A stretch of DNA of 50,462 nucleotides from contig CAZNQW010000004.1 of NCBI GenBank assembly GCA_964575225.1, positions 1-50,462 of the forward strand, written 5' to 3'. Positions 17,709 to 24,718 of this stretch are shown here, piece after piece; positions within the stretch are counted from its first letter, which is position 1, and each line of letters starts with the position of its first letter. The stretch comes from an uncultured Anaerolineaceae bacterium (lineage in GTDB: Bacteria; Chloroflexota; Anaerolineae; JAAYZQ01). The notes under the pieces were generated by a model that saw only the letters and a list, made by a program, of their open reading frames with translations, ran no database searches and was not told where the DNA came from. The position numbers were made by a program, and so were the translations under genes.

Positions 17709-18761
17709 GTGGTGATCACGATTCTGCACGGCAATGACGAATTCGGCCGCTCTGAGGCTCTCCAGGCGATCCAATCCTACCATCGTCAGGGGGATCCGGC
17801 CATGGCCGATCTGAACACCACCGTCCTCGACGGAAGCCGCATCACTCTGGGGGAACTGCGCCATCACTGCGATTCCATCCCCTTCATGAGCGCCACTCGT
17901 TTAGTGATCGTCCACGGACTCTTGAACCGCCTCTTTCCCGATCCGGGCGCCAGGGGCGCCAAAGGCGACTCGGCACCCACGAGAAAGGCGCTGGTGAGCG
18001 ACCTGTTGGAGTATCTTCCCAAGCTGCCGCCCACGACTCATCTGGTGCTTTCCGACAACAAACCCCTCCCTCCGACGAATCCGATCCTCAAATGGGCCGC
18101 CGCGCAGCCCTCACCACCCAAGGGAGCGACGGCCGCCGGCACAGTCAGCCTGTTTTCGGTACCAAGAGACGCCGATCTGCCCAACTGGATTGCCAAACGA
18201 GCCAAGGAAAAAGAGGGGACGATAGACCGGGACGCTGCCAACCTAATGGCGGCCCTCATCGGCGCCGATCTGAGGTTGATCGACCAGGAGATCGAGAAAC
18301 TCCTCCTGTACACCGATGGCGCCAGCATCGCCACTCAGGACGTCCAACTACTCGTGAGCCGGGCACGCGAAGCCGGGATCTTTGACCTGGTGGATAGCGT
18401 GGGGCTGCGCCAAACAGCCCGGGCCCTCAAGCTCCTACATTCCATGCTGGCCGACCTGGCCGAACCCCTCTACCTCCTGTCCATGCTGGCTCGGCAGATC
18501 CGCATCCTCGTACAAGTCAAAGAGCTGGACGACCAAGGCCTATCCAAGCAGCAAATGGCCTCCCAGCTCAAGCTTCATCCGTATGTGGTGGAAAAGGGGA
18601 TGAACCAGGCCCGACGTTTCACCATGAGCCAACTCGAGTCGGCCCACGATCACCTGGTGAGAACTGACTGGCAGATAAAAACCGGCAAAGTCGACGACAT
18701 CCTCGCCCTGGATACCCTCATCGTCCACCTCACCCAAGAGGAACCCGCGTCTGCCCGCTGA
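17709..18761 (+). CDS. holA: DNA polymerase III delta subunit
   Basis: 350 aa. The layout ILHGNDEF...LVIVHGL...DRDAANLMAALIGADLRLIDQEIEKLLLY...V..LV is typical of HolA. Confidence 0.7.
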   Translation: MVITILHGNDEFGRSEALQAIQSYHRQGDPAMADLNTTVLDGSRITLGELRHHCDSIPFMSATRLVIVHGLLNRLFPDPGARGAKGDSAPTRKALVSDLLEYLPKLPPTTHLVLSDNKPLPPTNPILKWAAAQPSPPKGATAAGTVSLFSVPRDADLPNWIAKRAKEKEGTIDRDAANLMAALIGADLRLIDQEIEKLLLYTDGASIATQDVQLLVSRAREAGIFDLVDSVGLRQTARALKLLHSMLADLAEPLYLLSMLARQIRILVQVKELDDQGLSKQQMASQLKLHPYVVEKGMNQARRFTMSQLESAHDHLVRTDWQIKTGKVDDILALDTLIVHLTQEEPASAR

Positions 18762-18776
18762 TTGCGCCCTGCCTTG

Positions 18777-19070
18777 CTAGGCCAGGCCCCAGTCTCCCGC
18801 CTGGCGCTGCCCACTCACTGTCTCGCCTGTCCATTCGCCCAGCCATAAATGATGCAGGAGAACATTCGTCGCCGAAACGACCCGGATCGTTGAGGAGCCC
18901 TCTCTGCCATCCATCACTACCTCTGTCGCCTTGTCCAAAGCCGTCGGGTGAACGTAGCAGAGGTTCGGCCATCGCCCGTAGCGCTCCCGGTAGCGCCGAA
19001 CCGCCTGTCCTATCTTGTCTTCGAGTGCCCGGTGCGGATCGTTGTCGTACCACAAAAGACCGACATCCAT
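18777..19070 (-). CDS. Hypothetical protein (gene 6 of the operator-gated operon)
   Basis: 97 aa with balanced composition (MDVGLLWYDNDPHRALEDKIGQAVRRYRERYGRWPNLCYVHP...). A GGAGGTG SD sits 5 nt upstream of the ATG. Confidence 0.55.
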   Translation of the reverse strand: MDVGLLWYDNDPHRALEDKIGQAVRRYRERYGRWPNLCYVHPTALDKATEVVMDGREGSSTIRVVSATNVLLHHLWLGEWTGETVSGQRQAGDWGLA

Positions 19071-19100
19071 CGCTTCACCTCCACCGAACCCACGCGCCGA

Positions 19101-19397
19101 TTAACGCCAGGCAACGGCGGCCTGACGAGCCGCCACCCTCGGTACATCCAACTTGGCGCGCCGTAGTTGCCACAACCCCGTATCTGCGTCCTGGAACAGC
19201 TCAAAGGTGCCTCCGCCCGCACGCACTTGGAAAAAGTGGCCCCGGACAAATCTTCGCCAACTGCGGCGCGATACCGTCCAACACCGTTCCACCGCCTCCA
19301 CCTGAAATCGCTGGCCCCGCCACCGAAACAGGTGCGGAAAATAGCGGTGGCGGCGCTCCACCATGTCCACCGACTCGTCAAAGATCTTCCAGCCCAT
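19101..19397 (-). CDS. Hypothetical R/W-rich small protein (gene 5)
   Basis: MGWKIFDES...FRWRGQRFQVEAVERCW...FFQVRAGGGTFELFQDADTGLWQL. A GGGAGGGAG SD sits 7 nt upstream of the ATG at 19397. The maximal ORF starts at 19442, directly abutting the stop of gene 4. Confidence 0.5.
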   Translation of the reverse strand: MGWKIFDESVDMVERRHRYFPHLFRWRGQRFQVEAVERCWTVSRRSWRRFVRGHFFQVRAGGGTFELFQDADTGLWQLRRAKLDVPRVAARQAAVAWR

Positions 19398-19442
19398 CGC
19401 GCTACTCCCTCCCGATGACCGGACCTCCCGGGCCCCAATCAC

Positions 19443-19844
19443 CTAACTCTGCCAGAAATCGCCCCGTTCGACCAATAGCTCGTCACCACCCACCACGTGG
19501 AAGTGTCGTTCGGCTGATGGGCTCGGCATAGGCGACGGCCAATACCCCCCCTGCAACATCGGCGGAAAGGCCTGGGGCGCTCCACCCTGCACTACCACGA
19601 CGGGCGGGTAGGCAGACTGGGCCGCCTGGCGCCTTACGACCTCCGCCTTGGAATCACGCCGATTCATCGCCACCAACACCAGCACCGAGGTCGGAATCCC
19701 CGACAACACACCGCACACAATCCCGATCACCACGGCCATCGCCTCCGTGCTCATCTGCCGGGCGACCACGACGGCCAGAACGATGACGAAACTGAGCGAC
19801 AGCAAAATGACTGCCTGTTTAAAGGTCACTTGCCCTACCTCCAT
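19443..19844 (-). CDS. Hypothetical membrane protein with two TM helices (gene 4)
   Basis: 133 aa. TM1 is AVILLSLSFVIVLAVVVA and TM2 is AMAVVIGIVCGVLSGIPTSVLVLVAM, followed by a soluble Pro-rich tail. Confidence 0.55.
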   Translation of the reverse strand: MEVGQVTFKQAVILLSLSFVIVLAVVVARQMSTEAMAVVIGIVCGVLSGIPTSVLVLVAMNRRDSKAEVVRRQAAQSAYPPVVVVQGGAPQAFPPMLQGGYWPSPMPSPSAERHFHVVGGDELLVERGDFWQS

Positions 19845-20110
19845 CCCGATCCATTAGTTCCGGCACTCGTGTCTTTGGATGCCGCCCTCTCGACTGTCGA
19901 AGGACTCGTCGCCGGCGATCGGGCCGCCCCCGGCGGACGAACGCCAAAGGCCACCGCCACGGCCAACAACGCGTCAAAGAAACCGCGCTGATAACTGGCC
20001 GCTGCATCCACATCGAGCGGCGCCACCGACCGCGCCGAATTCCTCATTACCTCCAGAGTCGATGCCAGAATGCGCGTCACATCCTCGCGAAACCACATGT
20101 CCAGGCCCAT
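19835..20110 (-). CDS. Hypothetical protein (gene 3)
   Basis: 91 aa with a helical N-terminal half (MWFREDVTRILASTLEVMRNSARSV...) and a low-complexity tail. It overlaps gene 4 by 10 nt. Confidence 0.45.
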   Translation of the reverse strand: MGLDMWFREDVTRILASTLEVMRNSARSVAPLDVDAAASYQRGFFDALLAVAVAFGVRPPGAARSPATSPSTVERAASKDTSAGTNGSGWR

Positions 20111-20152
20111 ACCGATTGAATCCTTTCCAGTGAACAGGTTTCCGTCCCTTCC

Positions 20153-21310
20153 TCATCGCACAAGTTGCAGCTTGGCCCGCAGCCGTTCGACTAATGGTGT
20201 TTCACTCGAGACCTTTCCATCCCCCTGAGGAGCCTCCAGTCTCAAGGCATCCCTTCCCTGCGACCGGTTCACGCGATCGACCAGGGCCTCGGCTGCCTGC
20301 GCCGACAGGTAGGCCGCCTGCATGCGCGTCGTCGACCCTTGGGCCACCACCAAGAAATCGCCCTGCCCCAATAACCGCTCGGCACCCGTTTGGGCAAGCC
20401 CAGTAGCCACCTTGGCGTCCTCCGGGCTCGTAACGGCGCCCACCAAACGGATCGGGAAATTGCTCTTGACCAGGCCGCCGATGACGGCAGCGGTCGGCTT
20501 TTGCGTACAAGCCACGATGTGGATGCCCGCCTCGCGCCCGCGCTGGGTCAGGCGCGTGAGGGCCAATTCCATCTCTTTCCCGCCCACCTGCACCAGGTCC
20601 GCCAACTCGTCGAGCACTACCACCAGGCGTGGTTCGGAGCGGCCTTCCCGATCCCTGCACTCCATCTCATCGACCAGTCGCTGCAACATCGCGAGAGCCT
20701 CATCGCAGCGGTTGATCACCGGCGCTAACAGGTGTCCCAACCCAGCAAAGGGAGAAAAACCCCTTCCCTTTGGATCGATCAAAACCAGTTGCAGCGCCCG
20801 GCGCCTGTTGAACATCACCAACGAGGCAATGATGCTACGGGCCAGCGCCGTCTTTCCGGAACCGGTCGTGCCCACGATCAACACATGGGCCACGTTGGGG
20901 CTGGGAAGCGGCAGAAGCAAAGGCGCGCCCTGTTGGTCGACCCCCAGGACCGCCGTAAAAGGGGGCACGGCCCGCATTGCCTTCGCACCTCGCGCCGCGG
21001 CATTGGATGCTGCATGTGCGACCAGAGTCCGGCACACCCGCTCCAAAGGCACCACCTGGCCGTCAGGGCGCGGTACTTCTACCTCCATTCGGCCCTCCTC
21101 CCGAAACACCCGACAGGAACTTGCCCCCAGGCTGAGGGCGATCTCTTCGGCCAGATTGGCCACCTGCCGCACCTTGACACCCAGGGGAGTCAAGAGGTGA
21201 AAGCGGATCAGGCGCGGCGCAACGTCCGCCCCGGTCACACGCGACGGCACCTTGTGGCTGGCGAGCACCTGCTCGATCCGGTCGGCCTGGAATTGCCACA
21301 CCTGTCTCAC
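20153..21310 (-). CDS. Soluble FtsK/SpoIIIE-family ATPase (alpha-like plus single motor domain, no TM and no gamma domain) (gene 2)
   Basis: Walker A is VLIVGTTGSGKTA and Walker B is RLVVVLDELADL. Further family patterns are GIHIVACTQKP and IRLVGAVTSPEDAKVATG...GAERLLGQGDFL. The N-terminal 130 aa resemble the FtsK alpha domain (PRLIRFHLLTPLGVKVRQVANLAEEIALSLG). Confidence 0.85.
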   Translation of the reverse strand: MRQVWQFQADRIEQVLASHKVPSRVTGADVAPRLIRFHLLTPLGVKVRQVANLAEEIALSLGASSCRVFREEGRMEVEVPRPDGQVVPLERVCRTLVAHAASNAAARGAKAMRAVPPFTAVLGVDQQGAPLLLPLPSPNVAHVLIVGTTGSGKTALARSIIASLVMFNRRRALQLVLIDPKGRGFSPFAGLGHLLAPVINRCDEALAMLQRLVDEMECRDREGRSEPRLVVVLDELADLVQVGGKEMELALTRLTQRGREAGIHIVACTQKPTAAVIGGLVKSNFPIRLVGAVTSPEDAKVATGLAQTGAERLLGQGDFLVVAQGSTTRMQAAYLSAQAAEALVDRVNRSQGRDALRLEAPQGDGKVSSETPLVERLRAKLQLVR

Positions 21311-21324
21311 GGCCCGACGGCTCC

Positions 21325-21807
21325 CTAGCCCGCCAACCCCACCAGATCAGGGCTGGGGAAAGGAACCACCCGTCCACCAACACCGGCGCGAGGCGCCCTC
21401 CGCTGAGGCAACGAGGGCATCGAATCCAGGGGACGCGCCACCCCCTCGAGAGGTTGCCTCAATGGGCAACCGGCACACTGCTTGGGTTGGGTAATGGGCA
21501 CAATCCGGGCTGCGCATGCCGCCTGCTCGAAACTGAGGGTCGGCGCCTCATCATCCCACACCTCCGTGCGCCCATTAAAGCGCACGATAAGGGAGGTCGC
21601 CGCTTTCTGCCGCAGCGAAAACCGCAGGTGAGCGCAGTTCACGGCCTTGTAGGGACACGCGCGACAGGTGTTGGGCGTCACGCGATTTTCGCCCTCCGTG
21701 ATTTTGGCGCACACAATCTGCCCATTCTTGGACACACTGCGGTGCTCGCAGGGACTCAACCCCTGCACCTGCTCGCGGAATCTTGCCAGCGATATCTCGG
21801 GACCCAT
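21325..21807 (-). CDS. Cys-rich hypothetical protein (gene 1)
   Basis: 160 aa with 8 Cys, including NTCRACP and KQCAGCP. A GGAAGGAGGG SD sits 5 nt upstream of the ATG at 21807. Confidence 0.6.
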   Translation of the reverse strand: MGPEISLARFREQVQGLSPCEHRSVSKNGQIVCAKITEGENRVTPNTCRACPYKAVNCAHLRFSLRQKAATSLIVRFNGRTEVWDDEAPTLSFEQAACAARIVPITQPKQCAGCPLRQPLEGVARPLDSMPSLPQRRAPRAGVGGRVVPFPSPDLVGLAG

Positions 21808-21831
21808 GTCGCCCTCCTTCCAGGCGCGTTT

Positions 21832-21868
21832 AGAACAACTGTTCTGATTATATCAGAACAATTGTTCT
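21832..21868 (-). promoter_or_regulatory. Two tandem GAAC-N4-GTTC palindromes (candidate Gram-positive-type LexA/SOS boxes)
   Basis: agaacaactgttct lies at 21832-21845 and agaacaattgttct at 21855-21868. Each is a 14-bp near-perfect palindrome. The centres are 23 bp apart. Confidence 0.6.
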
Positions 21869-21875
21869 AAGTCAA
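21847..21875 (-). promoter_or_regulatory. Near-consensus sigma-70 promoter (TTGACT-17-TATAAT) of the six-gene operon
   Basis: On the minus strand, -35 TTGACT is at 21870-21875 and -10 TATAAT at 21847-21852. One palindrome fills the spacer. The other covers the expected transcription start. Confidence 0.7.
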
Positions 21876-21911
21876 GAGGCAAAAGGGGCCCGACGGGAAA
21901 TTTAACCTTGC

Positions 21912-22496
21912 TTACGTCGAATGTTTTTCGTGGGGACGCCGAAGCCGGAGTTCATCCAACTCGGCCCGAAAGGGGAGCCAATCCCGCACAGGCAGGGCCA
22001 GGCCGGTGGCATCGGGACAGATCATGTAGCGGCTGACCCACAGTCGCATCTGAATGGTGGAAAGGGGCAGCCGCTCCATCTCGATGACCACCATGGTGGC
22101 CTGGGATATCGGTGCCAAAAAGTGTCCTTGACCAAAGGGCCATTGGGGGGGCGGAAACATACGCACCAGCTCGGTGGGCCGGGTCTGAAGGATCTCCGAA
22201 TAGGGGATTACAAAGCCTTTGAGGGGGAATTGCAGTAGCAGCCCCTCAGGGCGGCAACGTGCATACGCCCGCAATCGAAAAACGGACGTCAGAATGAGAA
22301 TCCCCGCGGTTCCCAAAAGAATGAGGGACAGCGACCCGCGATTTGTGGTCAATTCAGGCGGGTTCCAAGCCAGCAGCCCGCCGCACAGCACGAGCAACAG
22401 GATGCAGGGCCAAAAGGTCATCTCCTGCACTCTCTGCTGGAGCAGAAAGGGATGCCGTTTTCCTGCCTTGAAAGGTGTCGATCCGGGTGATGACAT
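21912..22496 (-). CDS. Membrane protein with bacterial PH-like (DUF304/YdbS-type) architecture
   Basis: Two TM helices (FWPCILLLVLCGGLLAW and LSLILLGTAGILILTSVF) are followed by a beta-rich domain. The upstream part of the 348-aa ORF-track ORF overlaps nth and is P/R/G-rich, so it is rejected. An alternative start is at 22421. Confidence 0.5.
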   Translation of the reverse strand: MSSPGSTPFKAGKRHPFLLQQRVQEMTFWPCILLLVLCGGLLAWNPPELTTNRGSLSLILLGTAGILILTSVFRLRAYARCRPEGLLLQFPLKGFVIPYSEILQTRPTELVRMFPPPQWPFGQGHFLAPISQATMVVIEMERLPLSTIQMRLWVSRYMICPDATGLALPVRDWLPFRAELDELRLRRPHEKHST

Positions 22497-22621
22497 ACGT
22501 ACACTCTCCCTCCGTTGCTTAGAAGGCGGCTTGGGTTCTCGCTGCCTGCCAACCGGTCCAGGGCCAGACCGAGGGCGGTTGGGCTTGGCCAGCCACGGGG
22601 CACAACGACGGCTGTGGGCCG

Positions 22622-23287
22622 TTACGCCAATCGCTGTTGATAGTCGTCGCAAAGGTCCGTCAGACTGCACCTTTCGCAGCGGGGGTTGCGGCTGGCGCAC
22701 ACCTCGCGCCCGTGTCGGATCAGGTTCAGGTGCAGCGCATAATACTGCTCGGGGTTTATCAGTTCTTCCAGTTCGTCGTGGGCCTTTTCGCGCGAGACTT
22801 TGGGACCGATGAGGCCGAGGCGGCGCGTCACCCGATGGACATGGGTATCCACGGGAAAGGCCGGCAGGCCCAGCGCAAAGAGCAGGACGATGGCTGCCGT
22901 CTTGGGTCCCACGCCGTGGATGGCCGACAGCCAGGCTTTGGCCCGGTCGATGGGCCAATCCGCCAGAAAGTCAAGGGTGAGTTCGCCCCGCTCCTCGCCC
23001 ACAATGCGCAGGGCCTCTTGAATGCGCGGACCCTTTTGATTGGCCAAGCCGGCAGGACGAATGGCCTCGACGACCTCCTCCACCGGGGCGTCGCACACCT
23101 CTTCCCAGGTGGGCAGGCGCTCGCGGAGCCGGTTGTAGGCCACATCGCGGTTGACATCGTTGGTGTTCTGGCTCAGGATGGTGCTCACCAGCTCCGACAC
23201 AGGGTCCAGATGGGGTCGCCACTCAGGTTCCCCGTAGGTGTCCAGGAGACGATGATGGACTTCTTGTGCCTTGGCCTGTACATCCAC
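22622..23287 (-). CDS. nth: Endonuclease III (HhH-GPD DNA glycosylase with C-terminal 4Fe-4S cluster loop)
   Basis: The HhH motif is LSAIHGVGPKTAAIVLLF, followed by PVDTHVHRV. The Cys ligands are CASRNPRCERCSLTDLC. Confidence 0.9.
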   Translation of the reverse strand: MDVQAKAQEVHHRLLDTYGEPEWRPHLDPVSELVSTILSQNTNDVNRDVAYNRLRERLPTWEEVCDAPVEEVVEAIRPAGLANQKGPRIQEALRIVGEERGELTLDFLADWPIDRAKAWLSAIHGVGPKTAAIVLLFALGLPAFPVDTHVHRVTRRLGLIGPKVSREKAHDELEELINPEQYYALHLNLIRHGREVCASRNPRCERCSLTDLCDDYQQRLA

Positions 23288-23288
23288 G

Positions 23289-23498
23289 TTAGGCTTCCTC
23301 GTCTGTGCCGTCTTCCCAGCCGATGATCCACACGCACAACCCGGCCAAAAGGACCGTCGCGACGATCAGTGCCAACCACTGCCCGCCCAGAAGCCCGACG
23401 TGGCGCGCCGAAAAGACCAAGATGACCACCATGCCCACGGCCAAGACCGCCCACGCGGCCAACCGGGGATGCCGGCTGACCCAATCCTTGATCGGCAT
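23289..23498 (-). CDS. Small two-TM membrane protein
   Basis: 69 aa: MPIKDWVSRHPRLAAWAVLAVGMVVILVF...LALIVATVLLAGLCVWIIGW. Only this C-terminal part of ORF 23289-23939 looks coding. Confidence 0.45.
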   Translation of the reverse strand: MPIKDWVSRHPRLAAWAVLAVGMVVILVFSARHVGLLGGQWLALIVATVLLAGLCVWIIGWEDGTDEEA

Positions 23499-23560
23499 TG
23501 TCGAATACCTCCCTATTACCCGCGCCCACCGCCCTATCAAGGGCGGCAGCGGGTTTCCCA

Positions 23561-24052
23561 TTACAGCGGCGCCATCACCATCCGGTCCCGCAGGCGTTTG
23601 ACCCACACATCCCGTTGTTCGGGTGTGAATTCTCCCAGAACCTCGCGCCAGATCCGGTGCAGATCGGCAAAGGGTTGCCGTTCGTACCCCTGCCCGGCCA
23701 AGATCTCGGCCACGCCCGAGGTTCCGTCCTCCAGCGCCACCAGGTGGGCCTCGCACATCAGGCCCTGCGCCTCGGCCTCCACCCGCTCCAGTAAAGCGCG
23801 CCCTGCGCCGGCAGATCTGGCATGGGCCGAGATCGCAAACAGGTCCGTGACGGCCAACAGGTTCTCTGCCTGCCAACCGAGGACGCCCAGGAGAGCATCG
23901 CCTTCCGCAGCCACAAGCAGCCCTTTGCCATACAGCCATTCCAGAGCGTCGCTCTCGTCAATCTCGATGTCTTCCAGCGAAGCAGCTCGCACCAAGGCGA
24001 CCATGGGAGCCAGGTCCTGCCGCCCGGCGCGCCGTACCTCAAGCTCTACCAT
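23561..24052 (-). CDS. GNAT-family acetyltransferase-like protein
   Basis: 163 aa. The pattern LLGVLGWQAENLLAVTDLFAISAHARSAGAGRALLERVEAEA matches the GNAT core A motif region. Confidence 0.55.
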   Translation of the reverse strand: MVELEVRRAGRQDLAPMVALVRAASLEDIEIDESDALEWLYGKGLLVAAEGDALLGVLGWQAENLLAVTDLFAISAHARSAGAGRALLERVEAEAQGLMCEAHLVALEDGTSGVAEILAGQGYERQPFADLHRIWREVLGEFTPEQRDVWVKRLRDRMVMAPL

Positions 24053-24067
24053 CGAGAATCACCGCCT

Positions 24068-24718
24068 TCAAATGTACGCTCCCCGGCAAGGCATCCCATC
24101 TAGCGGTGGCCCGGCCCAGAGCTGTGCCCATGCCTCATCCACCTGGGCCTGCAAGTCCGTCAAGTCACCGTCATTGACGATGACCCGATCCGCCCGCGCC
24201 GCTTTTTCCTCTTGGGGCGGCTGGGCGTCGACGCGCAGTGCTGCCTCCTCCTCCGTAAAGCCACGAGACTGCACCAAGCGCTCGATTTGCACCGGGCGCG
24301 ACGCCGTCACCACCCACAGGGCATCGTAGCGGCGGTGCATGCCGGCCTCGATCAGCTTGATGGCCTCCACCACAATCGCCGACTCGGTCGCCCCGGCAAT
24401 CTGCCGGTCTACCTCGGCGATCACCGCCGGATGCACAATCGCCTCCAGGCGCTGCAAGGCATCCTCATCGGCAAAGACGATGGCCCCCAGCCGCCTGCGG
24501 TCGATGGCGCCCTCGGGAGCAAGGATCCCAGGGCCAAAGTCCTCCACCACATGCCGGTAGGCAGGGCCGCCCGGCTCCATCACCCGGTGGGCCACCTTGT
24601 CGGCATCGATGAACAGCGCCCCCTTTTCCGCCAGGATTTGGGCGACGGCACTCTTGCCTGTGGCAATGTTGCCCGTAAGCCCGATAATCACCGGCCTACG
24701 TTGCCTCTCGTCCGTCAT
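24068..24718 (-). CDS. coaE: Dephospho-CoA kinase
   Basis: The P-loop is IIGLTGNIATGKS. Further matches are DADKVAH and IVHPAV. The ATG at 24718 overlaps the ABC-F stop as ATGA, indicating translational coupling. Confidence 0.85.
   Translation of the reverse strand: MTDERQRRPVIIGLTGNIATGKSAVAQILAEKGALFIDADKVAHRVMEPGGPAYRHVVEDFGPGILAPEGAIDRRRLGAIVFADEDALQRLEAIVHPAVIAEVDRQIAGATESAIVVEAIKLIEAGMHRRYDALWVVTASRPVQIERLVQSRGFTEEEAALRVDAQPPQEEKAARADRVIVNDGDLTDLQAQVDEAWAQLWAGPPLDGMPCRGAYI

Noticed and set aside
18777-21807. Interpreting the FtsK-like gene cluster as an actinomycete-type conjugative element (TraB plus Spd proteins), a prophage remnant or a type VII secretion locus.
   Set aside because: The window contains no integrase, excisionase, Rep, relaxase, capsid or terminase genes. 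It also has no WXG100-like protein, multi-domain EccC architecture, att-like direct repeats or adjacent tRNA. These explanations are not excluded, only unsupported, so the cluster is kept as an open finding.
21912-22958. A 348-aa ORF suggests a large protein overlapping nth.
   Set aside because: The N-terminal 154 residues are R/P/G-rich and overlap the well-supported endonuclease III gene in another frame. Only the part from 22496 downward shows TM helices and normal composition.
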